Of a stretch of 64,000 bases of DNA, positions 41,951-51,362 are shown in pieces. The notes beneath the pieces are model-generated. The model was not told the DNA's origin, searched no databases, and was given only the letters and a program-made list of their open reading frames with translations. The stretch is taken from positions 1,056,001 to 1,120,000 of the forward strand of contig OY969763.1 in the NCBI GenBank assembly GCA_963702845.1, given 5' to 3'. The position numbers and the translations under genes were made by a program. Positions within the stretch are counted from its first letter, which is position 1; each line of letters begins with the position of its first letter. Source of the DNA: an uncultured Verrucomicrobiae bacterium. GTDB taxonomy: Bacteria; Verrucomicrobiota; Verrucomicrobiia; Limisphaerales; Palsa-1400.

Positions 41951-41975
41951 TGTAGGAGACGAGGTGACGAGTCTC
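41951..41975 (+). repeat. GTAG-type REP-like element
   Basis: TGTAGGAGACGAGGTGACGAGTCTC, second copy of the 39218 element. Confidence 0.7.
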
Positions 41976-42040
41976 TAACTTTTTCTGGCGATTGCTTTCC
42001 CAATATTGTTGCACGTTCAGATCCTCCGACGTCAGCTGCT

Positions 42041-42078
42041 AAAAAAAAAAACCTCCGCTGCATCTCTGCAACGGGGGT
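42041..42078 (-). terminator. Intrinsic terminator after the EF-hand gene
   Basis: 12-bp imperfect stem with GAGA loop, followed by a 10-11 nt T-run on the minus strand. Confidence 0.75.
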
Positions 42079-42104
42079 CTCCGTTAGTACGTGTGTTTGT
42101 AAAA

Positions 42105-42692
42105 CTATTGCTGACCGCTGGGGCCTCCGTCGGGCGGAGCAGGGCAGAACTCGTCGTGAGTCAATTGCCCGTCACCATTCGCGTCCAATGTTTTCAAGGC
42201 AGCACTCGAATTGGCGATTTCCTGAGCATCAATCGTCCCGTCGCCGTTCGTATCGAGCGCTTGGATCAAGGGCGGTATCGGATGATTGCCGTCCGGACCT
42301 TTTCCCGGGCCGCCATTCTGCTGTTGCCCGTCACGTCCTGCGCGAGCGCCGCGATTGGCTTGACCCTTGTTAGCGCCATTGCCGCCTTGTCCATTTTGAG
42401 GAGGTGGCGGCCGCAATTCATCGGGCGTCAATGCGCCGTCGCCATTTATGTCGAGGCTCGCCAATGCGGCTGGCGCATTAGCAATTTCCTGCGCGTCGAT
42501 CACGCCGTCGTGATTCGCATCCAACACCATCACGACCGGTGACGGTGGCGGCCGATGTCCATCAGGTCCGCCTTGTCCGCCTCCCGCTCCGCCAGCACCG
42601 CGCGGTCCGCGCCCGCCGGGACCAGGTTGAGCCAAAGTAGTGAGGGCGGGCAATGCAGCCGCCAATGCGATCGCAACCAATATCTTTTTCAT
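42105..42692 (-). CDS. Exported EF-hand repeat protein, Gly/Pro-rich
   Basis: Signal peptide; four DxN/DxDG loops (DANHDG, DINGDG, DTNGDG, DANGDG) in two repeats. Confidence 0.85.
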   Translation of the reverse strand: MKKILVAIALAAALPALTTLAQPGPGGRGPRGAGGAGGGQGGPDGHRPPPSPVVMVLDANHDGVIDAQEIANAPAALASLDINGDGALTPDELRPPPPQNGQGGNGANKGQANRGARAGRDGQQQNGGPGKGPDGNHPIPPLIQALDTNGDGTIDAQEIANSSAALKTLDANGDGQLTHDEFCPAPPDGGPSGQQ

Positions 42693-42790
42693 ATGACCTT
42701 TCGTGTGTTTGTTCTCGATGATCGTTTTCATCTTCTTGCTATATAAGACACCGGCACCATTAAGTTTTGATGAAGAGGGCAGGGCAAAAT

Positions 42791-42807
42791 TGTAAAGGGA
42801 TTGTAAA
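42791..42807. promoter_or_regulatory. OmpR/CpxR-type direct repeat
   Basis: TGTAAA-gggat-TGTAAA, 11-bp period, between the divergent EF-hand and regulator genes. Confidence 0.55.
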
Positions 42808-42852
42808 AGTTACGGACTTTCCTCAGCACCCCATTAACCTGTAAATAGCTCC

Positions 42853-43599
42853 ATGCTTAAACCGACTTCATCCAGCACAGACGCCGGCAAACAGCGTATC
42901 CTCGTGATCGACGACGACAAAAAGCTCGCGCGTCTTATTCACGATTACCTTTCGCCGCTCGGCTACGAAGTCGCGCTCGTCCACACCGGGCCTGACGGTG
43001 TCGAGCAAGCCACCAAAGAAAAATGGGCCGCCGTCATTCTCGATGTGATGCTCCCCGGCATGGACGGTTTCGAAGTGTTAAAACAAATCCGCAAAACGTC
43101 CGACGTTCCCGTGCTGATGTTAACCGCGCGAGGGGATGAAGCTGATCGTATCGTGGGATTGGAAATTGGAGCGGACGATTATCTGCCAAAAACATTTTCC
43201 ACGCGCGAACTGCTCGCGAGACTGCGCGCCGTGGTCCGCCGCACATCCGGCGCGACAGGCGCCAAAAAAACCGATGCCCCCGAAGCAGAAATTGTCATTG
43301 GTAAACTTCGCGTCGCCCCGGGACCACGTGTCGCGTTGTTAAATGACGAACCGCTCGTCCTTACACCGGTCGAGTTCGATTTGCTTCTCTCACTCGCTCG
43401 CGCTCGTGGCCGTGTCAAATCGCGCGAACAGCTTCTCGAAGAAATCCGTGACCGCAACTACGACGTGTTCGATCGCTCCATCGATGTCCACATTTCCGGA
43501 TTGCGCAAGAAACTTGGGGATGATCCAAAAATTCCACGCTACATCCGCACCTTGCGCGCTGCGGGCTACATGTTGATCAACCCCGACGCGCCTTATTGA
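42853..43599 (+). CDS. OmpR-family response regulator (CpxR-like)
   Basis: 'ILDVMLPGMDG', 'GLEIGADDYLPK', wHTH 'FDRSIDVHIS.LRKKLG..IRTLR..GY'. Confidence 0.95.
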   Translation: MLKPTSSSTDAGKQRILVIDDDKKLARLIHDYLSPLGYEVALVHTGPDGVEQATKEKWAAVILDVMLPGMDGFEVLKQIRKTSDVPVLMLTARGDEADRIVGLEIGADDYLPKTFSTRELLARLRAVVRRTSGATGAKKTDAPEAEIVIGKLRVAPGPRVALLNDEPLVLTPVEFDLLLSLARARGRVKSREQLLEEIRDRNYDVFDRSIDVHISGLRKKLGDDPKIPRYIRTLRAAGYMLINPDAPY

Positions 43600-43600
43600 A

Positions 43601-45091
43601 ATGAACGTCCGTTTTCCCCTTTACGCGAAAATCCTGCTCTGGTTCTTTCTGAACCTGGTGATTATCGCGGTTGGGTTTTTCATCTTCTTCAACTTCGAGT
43701 TCGGTCTGAACTCCGCGATCGAACGACAGGCCCATGATCGTCTGCGCCCGATTGAACAGTTGATCATTTCCGAACTGGTTCCGACGCCGCGCTCAGAATG
43801 GAACAATGTGTTGAAACGTTTCAGCTCGGCCTATGGAGTTGAATTCGCGTTATTCCGGAATTCTGGTGAGCAAGTCGCTGGCGGCGCAGTGAATTTGCCG
43901 ACGGCAGTGCTGGCGGAGTTGAATCAACAGGGGCCTCGGCGCGATGGTCCTCCTGACATGGCGCTCGATGATCCTCGCCGCGATCAATTCGCTCCGCCTC
44001 CTGAAGATCGTCCGGACCCTGAAAGGCCGCGCGCTCGTGGCCCGATGCCTTTGCGTCTACCCGGTGGCGCGGTTGGACTGTTCTTCGTTCATAGCGATGG
44101 AAAGTATTGGGTGGGCTTGCGCACCCGCATTCAGCGCCCTGACCAACCCCCACAACCAATGACCCTGATCGCCGTCTCAAAGACGCTCTCAGCCGGTGGG
44201 CTCTTTTTTGACTTTCGACCGTGGGCCATCGCGGGCCTGGTCGTTATCGTTGTGTCGGGATTGTTCTGGTTCCCGTTGATCCGAAGCCTGACGCATTCCG
44301 TTTCGAAGATGACCACCGCAACACAATTGATCGCGGCTGGTGATTTCGACGCGCGCGTTGCCGACCAACGCCGTGACGAACTCGGCAGTCTTGGCGAGGC
44401 AATCAACAGCATGGCAATGCGCTTAAAGGGATTGGTCACCGGTCAGAAACGTTTTCTTGGCGACACCGCTCACGAGCTTTGCACGCCTATTGCCCGCATC
44501 CAACTTCAACTCGGCATCCTCGAAGAAAGCGCGCATCCGCAAGACAAGCCGCGCATCGAAGAACTTCGTGAAGAAATCCAACAAATGTCCGCGTTGGTGA
44601 ACGAACTTCTGTCGTTTTCCAAAGCTTCGCTTGAGCCCGCCGCCGTAAAACTCCAACCCGTCCGCGTGCGAACCGTCGCCGAACAGGCGGCTCGACGTGA
44701 ATCCGTTTCCGGATCGCAAATCAATGTGGAAGTCGCGGAAGAAATTGGCGTGTTCGCCGACCCGGAACTCTTGATTCGCACCATCGGCAACCTCCTCCGC
44801 AATGCTATCCGCTACGCTGGCAATTGCGGACCGATTACGATCACCGCCAAACGCAAAGATGATCTCGTCCAAATCCACATCCGCGACTGCGGTCCCGGTG
44901 TTCCCGACGAATCCGTTCCACAGTTGTTTGACCCATTTTACCGTCCCGAAGTCGCCCGCGACCGGGAGAGCGGGGGAGTCGGACTTGGACTCGCGATCGT
45001 CAAAACTTGCGTCGAATCCTGTCACGGCATCGTCTCGTGTCGAAATCTCAAGCCAGGATTCGAAGTCACCATTGAACTACAAGCGGCATAA
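43601..45091 (+). CDS. HAMP-domain sensor histidine kinase (CpxA-like)
   Basis: Two TMs, HAMP 'RRDELGSLGEAINSMA', 'AHELCTP', 'NLLRNAIRY', 'GVGLGLAIV'. Confidence 0.93.
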   Translation: MNVRFPLYAKILLWFFLNLVIIAVGFFIFFNFEFGLNSAIERQAHDRLRPIEQLIISELVPTPRSEWNNVLKRFSSAYGVEFALFRNSGEQVAGGAVNLPTAVLAELNQQGPRRDGPPDMALDDPRRDQFAPPPEDRPDPERPRARGPMPLRLPGGAVGLFFVHSDGKYWVGLRTRIQRPDQPPQPMTLIAVSKTLSAGGLFFDFRPWAIAGLVVIVVSGLFWFPLIRSLTHSVSKMTTATQLIAAGDFDARVADQRRDELGSLGEAINSMAMRLKGLVTGQKRFLGDTAHELCTPIARIQLQLGILEESAHPQDKPRIEELREEIQQMSALVNELLSFSKASLEPAAVKLQPVRVRTVAEQAARRESVSGSQINVEVAEEIGVFADPELLIRTIGNLLRNAIRYAGNCGPITITAKRKDDLVQIHIRDCGPGVPDESVPQLFDPFYRPEVARDRESGGVGLGLAIVKTCVESCHGIVSCRNLKPGFEVTIELQAA

Positions 45092-45203
45092 ACGACCGTT
45101 TCCGGTTGACATCCCGATTGTGTTTTCGTCAGTGTCAGTGATTCACGCGAACCTAACAGACCGCAGGGATTCCTTGTCGCCGTGAGCCTAAAAAAGCGAG
45201 ATT

Positions 45204-48200
45204 ATGCAAACTAAACTCTTCTTCTGCCGCTCGATAAAATATCTGTTGCTGTCTAGCTTCTTTGCCACTTTGTCCACCGGTTACGCTGCCATTCCGTTCT
45301 ACGAACCGTTTGCCGATTTAACTGCTTCGGGCGGCACCAGCTACACTGTCGGCAGCACCGTCAAAGGCAATATCAATGCCACGGGGGATGTCTGGTTCGG
45401 CGCGGGCACCACCACTGCCGGCACCAAGGCTGTTATCACCGGTATCAATCTTTCGTATCCGGGCCTCGCTGCTTCATCAGGCAACGCCTATCAAACAAGC
45501 GCGGCTAGCGGGGAAGGCGCCCGCATGTTTGTTTCCTTGCAAACCAGCGGAAGTGCAATGGGCATCACCAATCAAAACGTGACGCTTTATTATTCCCTCA
45601 TTATTCAACTGACCGATGTGACCGCACTCTCCACCACTGGTGAATATTGGATCGGATTCAACAACCAAGGCACAGTCAACAACCAGACCAGTCAGGCGGG
45701 CATTCAAGGGGCGCGCCTTTATTTTAAGAAAGTAGACGCAACTAGTTTCAACGTCGGCATCGGAAAGGGCGGCCCCACCATTGCCTGGGACGCCACGTTG
45801 CGCACCACCAGCGACGTTCTTTACATCGCTGCTGCTTACAACATGAATTCCGCCGGTGGCGTCGGCACGGACGATAACATTTATCTATGGGTCAATCCTG
45901 ATCCACCACGTTCGGCCAACCGGCTGCACCATCGTCAAATACCGCCCAGATCATCGGAACGGACGCTGACATCTCTTTTATTTCGTCGTTCGTAATTTTG
46001 GATCGATCAGCCACCTGCGCCACCTCGGCGATCATTGACGAAGTGCGCGTCGGCAAAACGTGGATGTTCGTTACAGGCGGCCCGGAGTTTGTCACCGTGC
46101 CTCCCGCCGCGACGAATATCGCTTCGCAAGCGACGGTGAATTTGAGCGCCATCGCCAAAAGCGGTAGCGGCACGACGCTCTCATATAAATGGCAGAAGAA
46201 CGGCGTGAACCTTACCGATAGCGGCAACATCTCCGGCTCAGCGACCGCCAACTTCACGTTGTCAAATGCTACGACGGATGATTCCGGGTCTTATTCCTTA
46301 ATTGCCAGCGACGCCATCGGCTCAATAACCAACGTTACAACAATCAATGTCAGCCGTCCTGGCTCGATTTTTTGGCGCGGCGGCAATAATGCGAATCCGA
46401 CCGCATGGGACCACGCCACCACCAACTGGTTTAATTCGACCACCAGCGCTTTCGATGTTTTTCATGATGGTGATGCCACTGTTTTCGATGACACCGCCGC
46501 CACGAATTTCGTGACCGTCATTGGCACCAACGCTTTTTCCGCGATGACCATATCGAATAATCTTAAACCGTTCACATTCTCGGGCAGCGGCGTTTTGAGC
46601 GGCCCCCTCGACCTCGAGGGAGCGAGCAGCGTCACACTCGCTTTATCAACCCCGCCGTTGTTCAGCGGTATCACAAACAATTCAGGGTCGCTCATTTTTG
46701 CTCTCGGCGGCACCACGAATATTCTGGCCGCGCCAATATCGGATAACGGCGCAGGCCAGGGAACCATTATTCAAAACGCGGCCAACACGCTGGTTTTGAG
46801 CGGTAACAACTCCAGCTTTAACGGGAAGGTTGTAGTTCAAGCCGGTACACTTAAGGCCGGAAGCGCCGCCTCCCTCGGCAGCTCAGCCGGCAACATTGTC
46901 ATTTCCAACGGTGGCACTCTGGACTTGGGTGGATTCAATCTCTCCAACAATCCGGTTGTCGTTCAGGGCACTGGCACGGGCGGCACCAACGGCGCCATCA
47001 ACAATAGTGGCGGGAACGCGCTGCAAGCGTTCGCGATGGTCACTTTGAGTGGCGACACAACCTTCAACGCCTCCGCCGGACGCTGGGACATCGGCACCAA
47101 CGCCGTTGGCGGATACATCCACGGTAACGGTTATACTCTTTCCAAAATTGGCGCCCAGCCGGTCGTAATCAAAGACGTCGGCGATACCAGCATAGGAGAC
47201 GTGCACATTGTTGGTGGTCGCTTGGCCTTTCAAGGCAACGTGACGATGGGCGATTCTACCAAAACTCTTACCGCAGAGGCGGGCACGGTCCTGACCTTTT
47301 TTAGCGCTCAAAACAGTCCGAATAAAAAAGTTGTGCTCAATTCCGCCATAATTGATTCCGGCGGCAGCGGTAACAATTTCTACGGCCCCATCACCCTTAG
47401 CGGCACATGCACTATTGGTTTGCGGTCCGCATTGGATATCTGGAGCGGTGTCACCGGGACCGGTTCCCTCATCGCGACGATTAATGACTCCGTCGGCAAT
47501 GGCGCAGCTGGAACGCAATTGCATCTCCACGGCACCAACACTTTCACAGGTGCGACCATCGTTCGCACCAACACTGGCCTCGTGCTCGACTCTCAATCGG
47601 CGCTGGCCAGTTCGCTAATCCAAGTGGACGCGGCTGGCTCGTTGGACGCAACCGCGATCCCAACTTGGACATTAACTAGTGGGCAAACCATCTCCGGTAG
47701 CGGGACGTTGGGCGGGAACTCGATAATCTTCGGCAGCGGTTCCAGTTTGGCTCCTGGCCCATCAAATTCCATTGGCACTCTCACCTTTAACGGCAGTCCC
47801 ACGTTCCAATCCGGCAGCACAAGCTTCTTCAAACTCAATCCGTCGGCATTGACCAGCGATCAGGTGAGCGGGCTGGGCAACGTGACATTCGGCGGCACGC
47901 TCGTGTTATCGAACACGACCGCAACTCCATACGTCTCGGGCAACAGCTTCACGCTCTTTGCCGCCAGCGGTTACCAGGGTTCCTTCGCCGCGATTGTTCC
48001 TGCCACTCCAGGCGCTGGTTTGCTGTGGGACACCAACAGCCTGGCGCTCAACGGTTCAATCGCCGTTGTTGCGGCTCCCCATTTTATCGGCGGCTCGACG
48101 TTGCTCGATGGGAATTTTCAACTGACGTTTTCCGGCCCGGTTGGACGGCCATACACACTGCTGGCCTCCACCAACGTTGCCCTATCGTTGACGAACTGGA

Positions 48201-48304
48201 TACCCATCGCTAACGGCTCTATCGACACCGATCCATTTACCGTTTCTGACCTTACCGCCACCAATTTCCCCCGTCGCTTTTACTCGATAACTATAGGTCA
48301 ATAA
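45204..48304 (+). CDS. Secreted protein with Ig-like domain and autotransporter-associated beta-strand repeats (indel at ~45905)
   Basis: Signal peptide; 'LSYKWQKNG...DSGSYSL' Ig domain; 'LVLSGNNSSFNG', 'LHGTNTFTGAT' repeats; no C-terminal barrel. Confidence 0.82.
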
Positions 48305-48340
48305 TCGAATCGGTTATCTCATTGACAGTGCAGTGCCTAC

Positions 48341-48370
48341 AAAAAATAAGGACGGCTTTCGCCGTCCTTA
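48341..48370 (-). terminator. Intrinsic terminator after rplW
   Basis: TAAGGACGGC-gaaa-GCCGTCCTTA followed by TTTTTT on the minus strand. Confidence 0.88.
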
Positions 48371-48395
48371 CGTGTAAATAACTTTTTGCGGATGA

Positions 48396-48677
48396 CTAGG
48401 TCAACGTGATCTTGTCGCCTTCTTTCAAGGTGACGATGGCTTTCTTCCACGCGTTGGTCCAACCGGCGGCCGGCTGGCGTTGACGACGGGGCTTGCCACG
48501 GACGTTCAGTGTGTTGACGGCAGTTACCTTGACCTTGAACAGCTCTTGCACAGCCTGGCGGATCTGCGTCTTGTTGGCGCGAGGATCGGCGACGACGGTG
48601 TATTGGTTCAGGAGCGAGGACTGGCGCGTGCCTTTTTCGGTCACGCGAACGGTTTTGATGATTTCGAAAGCGTTCAT
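48396..48677 (-). CDS. rplW: 50S ribosomal protein L23
   Basis: 'VTEK', 'ANKTQIRQAVQELFKVKVTAVNT', 'WKKAIVTLKEG'. Confidence 0.97.
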   Translation of the reverse strand: MNAFEIIKTVRVTEKGTRQSSLLNQYTVVADPRANKTQIRQAVQELFKVKVTAVNTLNVRGKPRRQRQPAAGWTNAWKKAIVTLKEGDKITLT

Positions 48678-48678
48678 A

Positions 48679-49302
48679 TTACTTGGCCAATCGTTTTTCG
48701 ACGGCTTCGTAGCCGGCGCGGGTGAAAAGGACTTTGCTCGGGCGGAGCAGTTGATAGGTGTTCAAATCGTCGCCGGTGGTGACTTCGATGTCAGCCACGT
48801 TGCGCGAAGCGAGTTCCAGGTTCTTGTCGTGAGTCTGCGCGACGATCAGGGCGGTGCCCGTGACTTTCAGCGCTGACAACACGCCAACGAAATCTTTGGT
48901 CTTGGACGAGGACAGTTTCAGGTCGTCGAGGACCATGACGTCTCCGGCTTTGATGCGTTCGGTCAATGCCTTGCGCAATGCGAGTTGGCGCGTGGAGGTG
49001 TTGACTTTCTTCGCGAAGTCGCGGGGCCTGGGGCCGAAAACGACACCGCCGCCACGCCACAAGGGCGATGCGAACGAGCCGGCGCGAGCGCGGCCTGTGC
49101 CTTTTTGTTTCCACGGCTTCTTGTTGGAGCCAGCGACTTCACCAACGGTTTTGGTGCAAGCGGTGCCCATGCGTTGCGCCGCGTTGTAGGCGACGACGAC
49201 ATCATGGACGGCTTGAGTGCCGCGGCCATCTTCGACCATGGCGAACTTCACTTCGAGTTCACCCGAGTCTTTACCTTGAATATTTTTAACGGGAAGTTTC
49301 AT
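48679..49302 (-). CDS. rplD: 50S ribosomal protein L4
   Basis: 'KPWKQKGTGRARAGS..SPLWRGGGVVFGPRPR'. Confidence 0.98.
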   Translation of the reverse strand: MKLPVKNIQGKDSGELEVKFAMVEDGRGTQAVHDVVVAYNAAQRMGTACTKTVGEVAGSNKKPWKQKGTGRARAGSFASPLWRGGGVVFGPRPRDFAKKVNTSTRQLALRKALTERIKAGDVMVLDDLKLSSSKTKDFVGVLSALKVTGTALIVAQTHDKNLELASRNVADIEVTTGDDLNTYQLLRPSKVLFTRAGYEAVEKRLAK

Positions 49303-49308
49303 ACGTCA

Positions 49309-50067
49309 TTACTTCTTGGCAGGTGCAGCGGCCTTAGCGGGAGCAGCAGCGGCTTTTTCTTTCTTAGCACCACCGGCAGCGGCCGAAGGAGCATTGGCGT
49401 TAGCGACGGCCAGGGCGCGCTTGGCGACGTCTGAGCCTTTGGGCAATTTCTTTGCTTCGCGAATGACGACGTAGTCGTTGTTCGCACCGGGGATCGCGCC
49501 TTTGATGAGCAGAAGGTTTTCTGCTTCGCGAACCTGAATGATCTGCAAATTTTGGACTGTGCGTTGCACCTGGCCCATGTGACCGGGCATTTTCATGCCG
49601 CGCATAACTGTTCCAGGGAACAAACGCTGACCGATTGCGCCGGAACGACGACGCCAACCTTTGGCACCGTGCGAGGCGTCACCGCCGCGGAAGTTGTGGC
49701 GCTTCATGACGCCTTCGAAGCCGCGACCTTTGGTCACGCCGATGGCATCAATGAAATCACCGGCAGCGAAGATGGTCGCGCCGACAACGTCACCGGGTTT
49801 GACCGGCAAGGTGAAATCACGAAATTCTTTGACGCGCTTTGTGGGCTTCGCGCCGAATTTCTTGAAATGGCCGACCAACGCTTTGGTGAGGCGTTGTTCT
49901 TTTTGATCGTCGAAACCAAGTTGAACGGCGTTGTAACCGTCTGATTCCTGGTTTTTCGTCTGGATGACGCGATTTGGACCGGCGAGCACGATGGTGACGG
50001 GTTGGAGAACGCCGTGGGCATCGTAGACGCTGGTTTGTCCGAGTTTTTTTCCTAAAAGTCCTAGCAT
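49309..50067 (-). CDS. rplC: 50S ribosomal protein L3 with Ala/Lys-rich C-terminal tail
   Basis: 'GLLGKKLG', 'DGYNAVQLG', 'KGRGFEGVMKRHNF', 'KMPGHMG'. Confidence 0.98.
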   Translation of the reverse strand: MLGLLGKKLGQTSVYDAHGVLQPVTIVLAGPNRVIQTKNQESDGYNAVQLGFDDQKEQRLTKALVGHFKKFGAKPTKRVKEFRDFTLPVKPGDVVGATIFAAGDFIDAIGVTKGRGFEGVMKRHNFRGGDASHGAKGWRRRSGAIGQRLFPGTVMRGMKMPGHMGQVQRTVQNLQIIQVREAENLLLIKGAIPGANNDYVVIREAKKLPKGSDVAKRALAVANANAPSAAAGGAKKEKAAAAPAKAAAPAKK

Positions 50068-50081
50068 AGGTTTCTCGCGCG

Positions 50082-50390
50082 TTAAATTTTAATGGTGATG
50101 TCAACGCCCGCAGGGAGGTTGAGCTTTTTCAACTCGTCCACTGTTTTGGCAGTGGGATCGATGATGTCGAGCAGGCGCTTGTGAGTGCGTTGCTCGAAGG
50201 TTTCCTGAGACTTTTTGTCCGAATGAGGTGAGCGCAAAACGGTGAAGCGTTCGACGCGAGTGGGAAGTGGAATCGGACCAGCAACACGGGCACCCGTGCG
50301 CTTAACAGTCTCGACAATATCGTGCGCTGATTGGTCAATGACGCGATGGTCAAAGGCCTTCAGGCGAATGCGTATACGTTGTCCAGCCAT
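50082..50390 (-). CDS. rpsJ: 30S ribosomal protein S10
   Basis: '[11 protein letters not shown]', 'GPIPLPT', 'RSPH.DKKS.E.FE.RTHKRL'. Confidence 0.99.
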   Translation of the reverse strand: MAGQRIRIRLKAFDHRVIDQSAHDIVETVKRTGARVAGPIPLPTRVERFTVLRSPHSDKKSQETFEQRTHKRLLDIIDPTAKTVDELKKLNLPAGVDITIKI

Positions 50391-50556
50391 ACAAAGAACA
50401 ATGTTAATTAGTTACGTTAAATGCCGCACGCCAGAGCTTTACTTCAAGCGTGAGCCGACTGACAGTCGGCAATGCAATCCCGAAACATCGGGACGCTCAG
50501 ACACCCCTCGGGACTCCGAGAGCGGGCTAATATAGCGAGCCAAGTTTTGAATGCAA
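50391..50556 (-). promoter_or_regulatory. rpsJ promoter and structured 5' leader
   Basis: TTGCAT-16-TATATT at 50556-50529; hairpins at 50507-50520, 50478-50493, 50454-50470, 50427-50452. Confidence 0.65.
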
Positions 50557-50699
50557 CAGGTATTTTACAGAAGTTTCCAAGGGGTATCTAACCGCAAAGA
50601 ACGCAAAGATTGGTGAAAAACCAAGAATCCAAATTAGTGTAAGTAGCGGCAGGCGTGCCGTTTGGGTTTAATAGACCGCTTTAAACGGGGGGATACCCC

Positions 50700-50850
50700 G
50701 GCGAATTATGCGGAAAGCTGCGGCAATCTACGGAAAGGTGCGGAAATCTGCGGTAATTTGCGAATATGCGGCTCGCGGCACTAGTCGAAAAAACTTTTCT
50801 GCAAACGGTGTATTTTGGTGTAGTTAGGTGTATTTAGCTGTAGCTCGCTT
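50700..50850. repeat. Two blocks of 10-bp phased repeats (TGCGGAAATC; GGTGTATTTA) flanking an A/T tract
   Basis: tgcggaaagc tgcggcaatc tacggaaagg tgcggaaatc tgcggtaatt; ggtgtatttt ggtgtagtta ggtgtattta gctgtagctc. Confidence 0.8.
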
Positions 50851-51015
50851 TAGATTCGGTAAGGTTTCGACTACACCTTGAATAAGGTTCCGCTATTCCG
50901 CCGCTGGTTTACTAGTTAAATCGTGGCGTTTTCGATGATTTTAATCTCAAAGAACGGCGCGGGACTTCGAATATCTTCGACAGCCCTTGGCCGATAGGGA
51001 CCGGCTGTGCTGCAT

Positions 51016-51044
51016 ATTATGGAGTGAAGGGGCGACAGAGTCAA
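51016..51044 (-). promoter_or_regulatory. Sigma-70-type promoter TTGACT-17-CATAAT
   Basis: Near-consensus hexamers pointing toward the decamer repeats and rpsJ. Confidence 0.55.
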
Positions 51045-51362
51045 TAGTTGGTTGAGGGTTGAGGGCAGCAAATTGGGGTGAATGAACAGGTCGCGCAGGA
51101 TAGTCTTCCGGGAATTGGTCGGGATCGTCGAATTTACTGGTTCCGTTGATTTTGTTTTTAGGTGATGGCTCGGCAACTTCGGAGTGATGAGCCAGGCGAT
51201 TGTGGCGATTACGAGGAGTGTCGCACCGAGGCCCCTGATGGCCGCAGTTGGATCAAAATACAGCTGCTTCTGGCTGTGCTCGACGGCGGCGGCTTCGGCC
51301 TGTTTCACAGCTTCTGTGTTCGCAAAAGGGTAAGCCGGAGAGGTCCTTTTTTGGGTTTGGCC

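Noticed and set aside
45095..45203. Riboswitch upstream of the beta-strand repeat gene
   Set aside because: Only one short hairpin; no c-di-GMP, TPP, SAM or cobalamin core motif recognised
50916..51308. 130-aa ORF as a gene
   Set aside because: Runs across a heptamer repeat and a promoter-like sequence; only a short hydrophobic stretch looks protein-like, possibly a relic
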